Under the pieces are notes generated by a model that worked only from the letters and a program-made list of their open reading frames with translations, was not told the origin of the DNA and ran no database searches. Positions 24,371 to 35,340 of a DNA stretch of 64,000 nt are shown here, one piece after another. Positions within the stretch are counted from its first letter, which is position 1. Each line of letters starts with the position of its first letter. This DNA comes from Scenedesmus sp. PABB004 (taxonomy: Eukaryota), in contig JABVCE010000003.1 in the NCBI GenBank assembly GCA_014905635.1, positions 868,001-932,000 of the forward strand, read 5' to 3'. Both the position numbers and the translations under genes were made by a program.

Positions 24371-24599
24371 AGTAGGCACACACTCGCTGGCGCGAGGCGG
24401 TTGGCCGCCAGCCTGTGACGGACGCAGGCGGCGTGCCGCGGTGCTGCCTGCACGCAGGCGCGCCGGCAACGCCACAATCGCGCTCTGCTCTCTGCATGCC
24501 CAGCACCTCGGAAGCGCCGCGCGCTGCGGCCGTGAGCAGCAGCGAAGGCCCCCCGCAGCCCGCGCGCGCGCGTTCGCCGGCCCCCCGTTCGGGGGAGCC

Positions 24600-26877
24600 A
24601 TGATGGCGCGCGGCGGGCTGGCGATCTTTCTGCTATTTGCACTATGCAGCTCGCCAGCGCGCGCGGTGCCCGCCTGCGGAGCGGGGCGGGATGCCCGGCG
24701 CGGGCAGCCCGCTCCCGCCGCGTTCGGCCACTCCGGCTCGCGCGGCTCGCTCCGAGTGCTAGCTGAGGTGCGAGACAGCCTTGGGCGCGCTGGCATGACC
24801 GGCAGCGCCGGGGCACGGTGGTTGGCCGCGGGCGCCGCTGCTGCTGCCCTGGCCGCGCCGCCAGGCGGCTGCGCCAGGGCCCGCGAGCTGCCGGCGAGCC
24901 CGCCTGAGCTGCCGCCACTCACCGCCGCCGCAGGTGCAGCCCGGCGGCGAGCGTGGAGGGCAGCAGCGGCGCCCGCTGCCCGTGCTGCACCGCAAGCAGC
25001 TGCGCGGCGGCCCCGCCGCGGCCGGCGGGGCCGCCGGCGGCGGCTGGCTGGACGCGTTCGTCGCGCGCCGCTCGCTGCAGCAGCTCGGCGGCTATGCCGT
25101 TGCGGCAGCGGCCGGCCCCGCGCTGACGCAGCTCGGCGGCGGCGCCGCCGGCGCCATGCTGGCCGGGCAGCAGCCGCAGTCGGGCAGCGACGCGGCGCTG
25201 CACGTCTTCACCGGCGCCAACCTGCCGCCCGGCCTCCTGGCCGGCACGCTGGACGGCATTGCCGACACGGTCTGGGGCAGGGGCGCGAGCATTGTGGGCA
25301 CCAAGGGCGACTCGCTCAGCGCCGCGGGCGCGTCCGTCACGGCGCTGGGCGGCATCGCCAACGGCGGCGCGAGCGCCGCCGCCGACGCGGCGCGGCTGCA
25401 GCGCTTTGGCGCGGCGGGCGAGGACCTCGCGGGCGCGCTCGCGCCGGGCGCGGTCGCGGCGCACGGGCTCGCGCTCGGCGTGGGCGGCGCGCTCGCGCCC
25501 ATGGCGCAGCAGGCGGGCGACGACGCGGTCGGGCTGGCGGTGCAGGCCGCCAACGCGGCGCCCGACGGCCTCGCGTCGCTCACCGAGACGACCGACGACA
25601 TCGTGCGCACGCTCTCGCCGTTCCTGGTCAACGGCCGCGACGGCGCGCTCGACGTCGGCGCGCGCGCGACGGTCGCGGCCGCGGCGGCCAAGCAGCGCTT
25701 CATGCATGGCACGGCCCTGCCCATGGCCTCGGACGCGGTCGCCGTCGGCGCCAACATCGGCGCGCCGCTCGGCGCGGGCTGGCAGCAGGGCTTTGGCGAG
25801 GGCTTCTCCGCCGCGATGGACCGCCGGGCGCCCTACGGCGACGGCCCGCGGCCGCGGCCGCCGCGGCGGCGCAGCCCGCGCTGTACCTGCCGGGCTCGTA
25901 CGCGCCGCTGGGCGCGATGGCGACGATCACCTACCCCTGCCCCATGGGGCTGCAGAACAGCACCACGCCGGCGGGGACGATCGTGGGGCCCGGCATCCCC
26001 TGCGGCACGGCGCTGCAGATGGTGCCGCGCGCGGCGGTGCCGACCAACGCGTTTGCGCCGCCGGTCGTCGTGCCCCTGCCGACGGAGCCGCCGGTGAGCT
26101 CGCGCGGCGCCGGGAACGCGGGCGGCTGGGGCTGGCTGCGCGGTCGGGCGCTGATCAGTCGCTGACCGCCCGCCTGCGCGCGCCCCGCAGGCGCTGCCGC
26201 CGGCGCTGCCGTCGCCCGTCGCCATCCCGTCACCCCGCTGCCGCCGCCCGGCGGCGGCGGCACGCCGCCCGTGGGGCCGCCCGTGTCGTCGCCTATCGTG
26301 CGCCCGCCGGCCGACGGCGGCGTGCCGCCGGTCACGCCGACGCTGCCGCCGGGCACCGTCCCGCCCAACGTCGGGCCGCCGCCCTCGCCGCCGGCGACCG
26401 GGCTGCCCCCGGGGACGGTCCCGCCCATCGTCAACCCCACGCCGGCGCCGCCCGCCGGGGGCGTGCCGCCGTCGTCGCCCATCCCCCGACCGGCGCGCCG
26501 CTGCCTCCCTCGGCGCCGCTGCCGCCGTCGACGCCGATCCCCGCGACGCCGCTGCCCGCGACGCCGCGGCCGTCGAGCCCCAACGTTCAGCAGTACACGG
26601 TGCGGCGCCCGGTCTACATGACCTACGAGGGCGGCACCCAGCTCGCCCCCGGCCCGGCGCCGTACGACCTTATGCGCATGCAGGCCCCCGCGCCGCCGCG
26701 CGCACCGCGCCGGTGCGCGTCGGCGGCCCGTACGCGAGCGCCGCGGAGGCCGCGGCGGCGGCCGCGGCCGCGGCGCGCGGCGCGGCCTGGCGCGGCGCGG
26801 CGGCGCCGCCGGCGGGCGCGGGCGGCGGCTGGGGCGAGGCGCTGCTGTCGCGCGCGCGCTGGGGTCTGCGGCGGTGA
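24600..26877 (+). CDS. Putative secreted Gly/Ala-rich then Pro-rich (HRGP-like) protein; model crosses apparent frameshifts
   Basis: Signal-peptide-like MMARGGLAIFLLFALCSSPARA, an RRSLQ motif, a Gly/Ala helical region, a small Cys pair (YPCPMG...IPCGT) and a long PPVTPTLPPGTVPP tract. The 3' end is uncertain. Confidence 0.5.
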
Positions 26878-27018
26878 GGGGCTCTGCGTCGGGGGCGCAG
26901 TGAGCGGTCGCGCCTGCTGCGAAGCGGGTGGCGCCGACAGCCGGCGGCGAGCTGGGCGGGGCTGTGACAGGCCCTCCTGAAATGCGCTCCCACTCCGTGA
27001 GTGAGTGGTGGTGTTGGG

Positions 27019-27023
27019 TTACA
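27019..27023 (-). promoter_or_regulatory. TGTAA polyadenylation signal, probably for the cyclase gene
   Basis: TTACA on the + strand, about 470 nt past the stop at 27492. Confidence 0.5.
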
Positions 27024-27491
27024 CAGCGAACTGCGTGGCACGCCGCCGGCGTCGGCGGCAAGCGCACGGCCAGGGCGTGGCGTGGCGAATGGCGATTGAC
27101 GACCGCCGCCGCGCACGCAAACAGCCCGGGGGACAGAGCAGGAGGTGTGTGCGGAAGCATCAGACAGGACCGTGGCGAGGCGCGCACGGCCGGCAGCCGC
27201 CACGGCAGCGCCGCCTGCAGCCCCCTCGGCAGTGCACCACTCCCCCGGTGAGTTCTCAAGCGCAGGCACATCCAGGCTCGCAGTCAGCGCGCGCAGGCAA
27301 AGCGGGAGGCGACCACGTGCGCGCCGCGCGTGCCCCAGACAGGCCCCACCCCCGCACCAGGACACACCACACAGCCCTCCCGGCCCACCCGCGGCAGCAG
27401 GTGCCGACCAGTGCGAGTTCGTTTGAGTTGCCAAGGCTCGCAAGCGCCGAGATCGAGCGCTGCCCGCGCCCGCGCCCCCGGGCCCCCGCGG

Positions 27492-30243
27492 TCAAGCAAA
27501 CAGGGCGCCGCCGCTCGCCGCGGCGCGCGCGGCCGCGAGCGCCGGCGGCACGCGCAGCCGGACCTCGGGCAGGTCGCGCACCGGGCCGGTGAGCTGCCAG
27601 CTGAGCCGCTCGCCCTTGCCGCGCGGCGGTGTGAGGGGGAAGAGCCGCCCCGCCAGCGCGGCGTGGCGCACCTCGCACATCTCCCACTCGCCCGCGCCCT
27701 TGAACGTGAAGAGCCCGATGTGCACTGCGCTGACCACGTTGGCCGCCTCGTTCAGCGCGACGCTCTCCGAGAGCGACACCGGCACCGACGGCAGGCGGTC
27801 GGTGAGCTGCAGCTGCGCGACGAGCCCCGGCCCCATGCCGCCGCCCGCCTCGGTCGCGCTCTTGCTGCGCGGCGCGAGGCCCATCGACGTGAGGCTGCCC
27901 TCGCTGCTGCTCAGCACGCGCAGGCCGCCGCCGTTGGCGCGGGCCGCCGGGCTCAGCCGCGGCGGCAGGCCCGAGTCGAGCGGCGGCAGGTAGCGCATCG
28001 CCGCCGTCTCGCTGCGCGCGCTGCGCTGCACGAGCAGGAGCCCGCCGGGGTCGAGGCGGCGCGACTGCGCCGCGAGCGCGCGGCGCGCCTGCAGCGTGCC
28101 CCAGCTCGGCGCCAGCGGCTTGCCCTCCGCGATCGTCGCCTCCGCCGAGCGCAGGTCGAGCAGCGGCGGCGCGCGCGCCGCGAGCTCCGCCGCCGCGCGC
28201 TCCGCCGACTGCAGGCCGAGCAGCTGGTCCTGCAGCTGCTGCTGCGTCAGCACCTCGCCGCCGCCGCCGCCGCCGCCACCGCTGACGCTGCCGCCGCCGC
28301 GCGCGTTGGGCGCGGCGCTGAAGCTGCCGCCGCCGCGCGCGTTGAGCGCGGCGCTGAAGCTGGGCGTGATGAGCCCCTCCTCGCGCTCCTGGCTGACCCA
28401 GTCCATGACCAGCCGGCGCACGAGCTCCACGTTGGTCACCACCTGCCCGCCGTGCGCCGTGGCGTCCATGAAGCGCGACGCACAGTTGATGCTGCTGCCG
28501 TAGTAGTTGGCGCGGCCGCTGTGGTCGGGCAGCACGCTCGTGGGCTGGCCCTCGGCGAGGCCCATGCGCAGGCGGGGGCCGCGGAAGAGCGGCAGCCCCG
28601 TGGCGGGGTCAGGGACCTCCTCAAAGCCCGGGTGCGCCAGCACGTGCGCGGGCCAGGGCACGTACATGAGCGCCTCCTGCGCGGCGCGGCGCGGCGGCGC
28701 GGCGCGGTGGGCGGCGCGGTGGGCGGGCGACGCGGCGTGGCACGCGGCACGCGGCACGCGGCATGCGGGCGCCGCACCTGGACGAGCAGGCACCACTGCA
28801 CCGCGTTGTGGGGCTGCTCAAAGGCAATCATGTAGCTCATGTCGCTCTCCTCGCACCTGGCCGTGGTGGTGAGGCGGCGGCGGCGCTAGGTGAGGCGGCG
28901 ACGCGCGGGCGGCGCAGCGACGCGGCCGGCGGCGGCGGCGCGCGCAGCGGCGGCGGCGGTGCGCGCGGCGTGAGCACGCGGCAGCGGCGCGCGCCTGCAG
29001 AGGTAGCCGTCGCGCGAGGGCAGCGCGTCGAGCTGCGCGACCATGCACTTGACGATCGCGTCGTGCAGCACGCTCGTGTCGCGGTGCGCGCGCCTGCTCG
29101 CGTACGCGGCGCCGCCCGCGACACTCGCAAACACGACCGTCACGTCGGGCAGCGGGCTCAGCGTGTGCCCCAGCAGCAGCGACGTGGGAATGAGGTCCAT
29201 CTGCCGCGCGCCTGCGCGGCGCGGCGCGGCGGCGCGGGGAGGCGGGCGGCGATCAACGCGCCGCGCCGGCGGCGCCGCGGCGGCAGGGCCCGCCCGCGCG
29301 CGCGCTTCGCGGCGCCGCGCGGCGCGCCCCGTGCGGTGGCGCTGCACGGTGCCCCGCCCGCCCAGCGTGGGATCACTCACTCGGCGCGTCAAAGTAGCCC
29401 TTCTGCACCTTGACCCAGCCCGGCTTCATCGTCACGTGCTGGCTCCACCCGGGCATGAGCCCGAGCGGCCCCGCGCCGCCCGGCGGCTTGCGCATGCCCG
29501 GCGCGGCGATGGAGTACAGGTGCAGCACGCCCGTGCGCCCGCGCCGGCTGCTGTTGCGCCCCGCGTTGGCGCGCGCCATGCCGCGCCGGCTGCGGTGCTG
29601 CTTCGCGGCCGCCTCGCCCGCCTCGCCCGCCTCGCCAGCGGTGGCGGCGGCGGCGCCGCCGCCGTCGGCGGCGCCACCGCCCGCACCCGCCGCGGCGGTG
29701 GCGGCGGCCGCCGCCTTGCGCGCCGCGGCCGCCCGCGTCGGCGAGTCGGGGTCGGTGTCGGTGCCCGTCGTGGTGCCGCCGCCCTCGTCGGCGAGGGACG
29801 AGGGCACCGCGTAGGAGCCCATGTGCACCACGATCGCGTCATTGTCGTCGTCCTGCACGCCCCGGTCGTACGCCGACTCGGTGAACGAGCCCTCGCGCCC
29901 CGAGTGCCTGCGGCGCGCGCGCGGGGCGCGGGGCCGGGTCGGGGCGGCCGCAGGGGCCGGCGCGCCGCTGCCGCCGCCGCCGCCGCCGCCTCCGCCGCGG
30001 GTGCCGCCGCCGCAGTGCTTGCCGCCGCCGCGCCGCGGCCGCGGGCCTCACTTTGCGCACGCGCCGCACGCGCGGCCCTTGAGCTTGTCCACGACCTGGG
30101 CGTGCATGAGGCGCTGCAGCATCTTGTCGTCGTAGCCCGCCTCGTTGACCGTGCCGAGCACGCTGAGGCTGTCCTTGATGAGCAGGAACGTGCCCTCGTC
30201 GATCAGCACCTGCCCGCCCGCCGCGACGTCGCTCACCAGCTCT

Positions 30244-30305
<62 letters not shown>

Positions 30306-33300
30306 ACGCGTCGCGCGGCGCGGGCGGCTCGGCCGCGCGGCCAGGGCAGCGCGCGCGCGTGCCGAGCCGCTGCTGCGCCGCCGCACCCTTTGCGCGGTAG
30401 CGCGCGCGGCAGCTGTTGATGTCGGTGCCGTACGTCAGCGTGCCGGACGCGATGCCAATGCGCACGGCGAGCTCGAGTCGCTTCAGGTGCACCGTGCCCG
30501 GCCCGGAGGCGCCGGTGCCGCTGCCGCCCGGGCCGCCGGCGCGGCCGGTCATCGCCGTCAGGCGCTGCATGAGCGAGCTCGTCATGCCGCTGCGCCGCCG
30601 AAACGCGGCCGAGCCGCCGCCGCTGCTGCTGAAGGGCCGGTTGTCCAGCATGCCTGACAAGCCGGAGCCGGCGTGGGAGCTGTTGCGCCCGTCGGGCAGG
30701 CGCTCGCCGAGCCAGCTGCCGCCGGCCTCGAGGTCGGGCCGCGGCTCGCTGCCGCCGCCGATGCGCGGCAGCGTGGCGTCGCTGTTGTCGCGCGCCGAGT
30801 GCGTGTCGCTGTGCACCGAGCCGCGCACGCTGCCGACGCGCTGCTCGCCGGCGCCGCCGCCGTCGCTGCTGGCGCGCGGGCTGCCAAACAGCCGCGCCAG
30901 CGCGCCCGCCGCGCGCGTGCCGAGCGTCTCACTCGGCACCGGCATCACCAGGTCCAGCTGCCCGCTGTGGCTGCTGGTGCTGCTGCACACGCCGTGCCCG
31001 CCGCCGCCGCTGCGGCCAGACGTGAAGCTCGCGATCGCGCCGCCGCCCATCTGGCGCACGCGGTGCACGAGCAGCTCCGGCAGCGGCAGGTCGGCCGAGA
31101 GCGTGCGGTCGACGCCGCGCTCCGCGCCGGGGATGGGGATGGGCGCCGCGCCCGGCGCCGGCGGCGGCGGCGCGGCGGTGCTGTCGTAGCTGGCGCCGCG
31201 CAGGCTGCCGGGCACGCCGCGCGCGGTGACGGGCGCGATGCTGGACGCCGTGTCGCCCGTGAGCAGGCCGCTGGGCTTGCCCGCCGAGCCGGCGCCCTCC
31301 TGGCGCAGCGCGTCAACCAGGATGTCAAGCTGCTGGTTGGCTGAGTGGGGCAGCCGCACATCCCACACCTTGTTGGCGAGCGCCTGCTGGACCTGTGCGG
31401 CGGCGCGGCGACGGCGGCTCGGCGGCCGCGCCGCGGCGGCCAGCCGCCGCGCGCCCGCGCGCTGCAGCAGCCCGCACCCCCGCCCGGGCAGCCGCGCACC
31501 TGCAGGCTGAACGCAACCGCGTCGTCGGCGTCGTGGAAGCCCACCACCCACGAGTCGCCCTCCTGCGCGCACACGCGCGTGTCACCGCGCGGTCCGTCAG
31601 CCCGCCGCCGCGAGCACACGCGCGCGCCCGTGCGAGGGGCGAGGCCGGCGCTGGCGCCGGCCGGCACGCGGCGGCGCGCGGCGCGCGGCGGGCGGCGGGC
31701 GCAGCGCGCGGCGGCGCGGCGCGGCGCGCGCGCGCCTGGTCGAGGACGTATCCGGCGTGCGTGTGGCAGGCCTTGCGGAAGATGGTGTTGTGGTGGCTCA
31801 TCGCCTTGCGCATGAGTCCCGGGTACTGCTGCGTGAGCGCGCTGTAGTCCTTGACGTCCGTCACGACCACGCTCACGTGCAGGCGGTCGCCCGGCTTGAC
31901 CGCGCGCGGCGCGCCCTGCACGCGCTTGGCCTGCATCACGCGCTCGCGCAGCCAGCGCGGCCGCGTGCGCAGGTAGAGCTGCGAGACGAGGACGAGCACC
32001 GACAGCACGCCGAGCCCAGCGATCGCAGCGATCACCGCGACCAGGATGCGCGTCGTGCGGCTGCCGCCGGCCTGCTCGCGGCACGACAGCCGCGTGCCGT
32101 TGTCGGACCAGACCTCGTCAAAGCCCTGCGGCGGCGCGGGCAGCAGGGGGGCGGCGTCGGCGGCGCGCCGCGCGCGCTGCGGGCCGCGTGGCAAAAGTGC
32201 CGGCGCGCCGCCGCCGCCCGCCGCGGGCCCGCCGCGCTGCGCCGCCGCCGCCGCGCCCACCTGCAGGCATGAGCAGCCCTGGTACTGGTAGTATGAGGGG
32301 TCGAGGCCCCAGCTCTGGTCACTGCTGGCGGGCTGTATGTCTGGCAGGTCCTTGGCCTCGTCGGCGAGGCCCCAGATGCCGGCGACTTGGGCGCAGTCGG
32401 CCCGCGCGGCGGCGGGCGCCTTGCGCACAAGGTACTTGCAGCGCATGCTGCTCGCGTCCTCGCGCGGCAGCGACTCCTCGCTGAACGTGAGGAAGCACGG
32501 CAGCGCCTGCTCGCGGCTGCACGCCGCGCCGCGCGGGACCGCGGGCGTCACCTCCGGCGTCTTGCACACGCGCGGGTCGCTGCAGCTCGCGTTTGTCGTG
32601 ATCGTGAACGCCCGCGTCACGCCGGCGCAGGAGAAGCTCGTGTTGGTGAGCTTGGCGGCGCGGAGCTTTTCGAGGAAGCCCATCGTCGGCGGCACGATGC
32701 CGGTGAGGCCGACGTTGCCCGACATGTCAATGTCGCGCAGCGCGCCGGTGAAGCCGATCGCGGTCTCCGGGATGGTGCCGACCAGGCGGTTGGAGCTGCG
32801 CGCGCGCGCGCGCGTGCGCGGCGGGCGGCGCGGCGTGCGTCGGCGCGGCGCGGCGCGCGTCGGCGCGGCGCGGCGCGGCGCACGCCGGCGGTGCGGTGCT
32901 GCGGGTGATCGTTAAGCAATCAACAACTAAAACAATGCGTCACCTGAAGTCGATGGAGCGGATGGATGGCAGGTAGTAGATGTCCTCCGTCATCGTCCCA
33001 GTCAGCTGCCGGCGGCGCGGTGCGGCGCGCGGCGCGCGCGCGGGCGCGTCGGGTCAGCTGGCACGGCGCGGCGTGGCGGGCGGGTCGGCGCTGCGTGCAC
33101 ACCTGGTTGGAGCCGACGTTGAGCGTCTTGAGGCTGCTCAGGAGCGTGATCTGGTTGGGGATGGGCCCCATGATCTGGTTGTGGCTGATGTCCAGGTGCT
33201 CCAGGATCTCGGCGTGCAGGCAGAGCGCGAGCGGGAGCGTCCCGCTGAACGCGTTGTTGGTCGCCTGCGACGCGGGCGCCGGCGCGGCGTGGGCGCGGGC

Positions 33301-34926
33301 GCCGGCGGTGCCGCCGGTGGCCGCGCGCAGCCGGACGCCGCGCCTGGTAGCTGGCGAGGTCCTTCCAGTCCTTGCTGGCCGGCAGGGGACCGTCAAAGGT
33401 GTTGTCGCTGATGTCGAGCTGCACCAGGTTGGCGCAGCGCTCCACCACCCGCGCGCTGCCCTCCAGGCCGTTGGCGCGCAGGTTGATCTGCCGCAGGCTG
33501 CTGTTGGCTGCGGCGCGCGGCGGGCGGCGCGCGGCGGGCGGGCGGCGTCGGCGGCGCCCGCCGGCCAGCGTGTGGCGCCGCGCCGTGTCGCGGCGGCTGC
33601 GGCGCGCACCGCCGTCGTGGCACAGCGACGCCGGCAGCCCTCCTGTGAGGAAGAGGTCCTGCGATTGGAAGAGAGTGAGAGAGGAGGGGCGGGAAGGGAG
33701 TGAGGGTGAGAGCTCAGCCTCAGCAGCGGGAGACGGGGGACGGGCGAGGCGGGGAGGGGGCGGAGGGCCGGCGGCGCGCGCCCGGCGGGCGCCGCACCTC
33801 CAGGTTGAGCTCGCGCAGCTTCTTGAGCCGCCCCAGCGCCTCTGGGATGGTGCCGCCGAGCCCCTCGTCCGGCGTGGGCCCCGTCTGTACGCCCATGTTG
33901 AGCACCTGCAGCTCGCTGAGCTCGCCGAGCCAGCTGGGCAGCGTGCCGGTGAAAAAGTTGTTGGAGAGGTTGATGTTGATCAGCCGCGTCATGCGCCGCA
34001 GCGAGGCCGGCACCTCGCCGTGCACCCACGCATTGGCTGCGCGCCAGCGCCGCGGCGGCGGGCGGGCGTGTGGGCGTGTGGGCGTGTGGGCGCGTGGGCG
34101 CGTGGGCGCGCGCGGCGTGGCGCGCCGCGCGGCGCCGCAGCGCTCCCCGATGCACGAGGGGGCGCACCGATGTTGAAGACCTCGAGGCGGTTCATCTGGC
34201 CCCAGGTGTCCGAGATGGAGCCGCCCAGGTTGTTGGCCTCCAGGTCGAGCACTGCGGCGGCGGGCCCACGGGTTGGGGTTGGTGCTCGCGCCGCCGGCGG
34301 CGGGCGCCGCGACGCGCGCGCGCCCCGCGCCGCCCACGAGGCCGTCGCCGCCAGCCGAGCGCCGACGCCGCGTGCGCGCCGCGGGGGCACCACCGCGCCG
34401 TCCCGCGCCCCGCGCCCCGCGACGCCGCCGCCGTCGCTTTCGCCGCCGCCGCACCGGTGAGGCCGCAGTCGTGCAGCTGCAGCACCGCGCCCACAAATGC
34501 GGGGTCGGCCATGCTGACGTTGAGGTTGTTGATCGGCATCTCGATCGCCGTCACCGCGTTGACGACGCTGCACTCCCGCGCCGCCGCCGCGGCCGGCGTG
34601 CAGCACGAGATGCCGTACCAGTCTCGGCAGTAGGGCGGCGCGCCGGCGCCGGCGCCGGCGCCGACGAGCGCCGAGCAGTTCTGGCGCACCGTGAGCTCCC
34701 AGCCGCGCTCCACATCCCAGGCGCCGTCGGGCGGCTGGGAGACGCGGTAGATCGTGGCCAGCGCCTGGCAGAGCGAGACCTGGCAGGCCGGCCCGCAGCT
34801 GCTGCCGATCGCGCCCTTGCAGGAGCGCGACCCCGGCGGGACCGGCGGTGCCGGAGCCGCGACAGCGGCCCCCAGCAGCACCGGCAGCGCCAGCAGCGCC
34901 GCCCAGCAGCCGAGCCGGCCGCGCAT
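27492..34926 (-). CDS. Receptor-type nucleotide cyclase: signal peptide, LRR ectodomain, single TM, two class III adenylate/guanylate cyclase domains
   Basis: Signal MRGRLGCWAALLALPVLLGAAVA; cap YCRDWYGISCC; LRRs such as LININLSNNFFTGTLPSWLGEL and LDISHNQIMGPIPNQI; TM ILVAVIAAIAGLGVLSVLVLV (about 31985-32047). Cyclase 1: VVVTDVKDYS, QEGDSWVVGF, VRIGIASG, GGQVLID. Cyclase 2: RGPRLRMGL, NYYGSSINCASRF, HGGQVV, GLFTFKG. Confidence 0.88.
28287..28361 (-). repeat. 36-bp coding tandem duplication (SFSAA[L/P]NARGGG x2)
   Basis: Two near-identical units inside the insert of cyclase domain 2. Confidence 0.8.
30245..30305 (+). repeat. (GGC)n microsatellite, about 20 units, intronic
   Basis: Pure GGC run immediately before a 3' splice site of the cyclase gene. 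Confidence 0.9.
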
Positions 34927-35238
34927 GGCGATGCCCCGCCTCGCTACGGCGCCCTTAGCCGCTCCATGGCCGCGCCGCCCGTCGCAGCGGCGGCGCCCAG
35001 TCACGGGAGGCCGTCGGCACGGCACGGAGCCAGCCACACGGCGCTTGGCCAGGCAGAGTCTGTCTTCCGGACAGCGTCTGTTTATATGGTGTCGCGATTT
35101 CGCGTCGCGGTGCGGCGATCGTTGATCGCGTCGGGGCCGGCGCGGCCGGGGGCGCGCCGCAGCGGGAGGACTGCAGCAGTCACCCAAGCCCTGCGCCGCC
35201 GCTGCTCGTTTGTCACCTCCACGCCGGCGGCGCCTGCC

Positions 35239-35309
35239 CTAGCGCTGCCTCTTGCCCAGCGCCGGCGCGGCGCCCTGACCCTCGCCCGTGCCCCAGCGCC
35301 ACCGCCCGC

Positions 35310-35340
<31 letters not shown>

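Noticed and set aside
24579..24599. GC hairpin (ggccccccgttcgggggagcc) just before ATG 24600
   Set aside because: Short GC stems are expected by chance here. There is no U-tract or other support for a terminator or riboregulator.
19696..24918. 1740-aa minus-strand ORF and many other long Arg/Ala/Pro-rich ORFs (e.g. 5653..8229, 47249..50089, 50183..53209)
   Set aside because: Stop codons are scarce at this GC. These ORFs are antisense or intron read-through frames over KU80, NFU, SKI2 and BLTP2, with only short real exon fragments.
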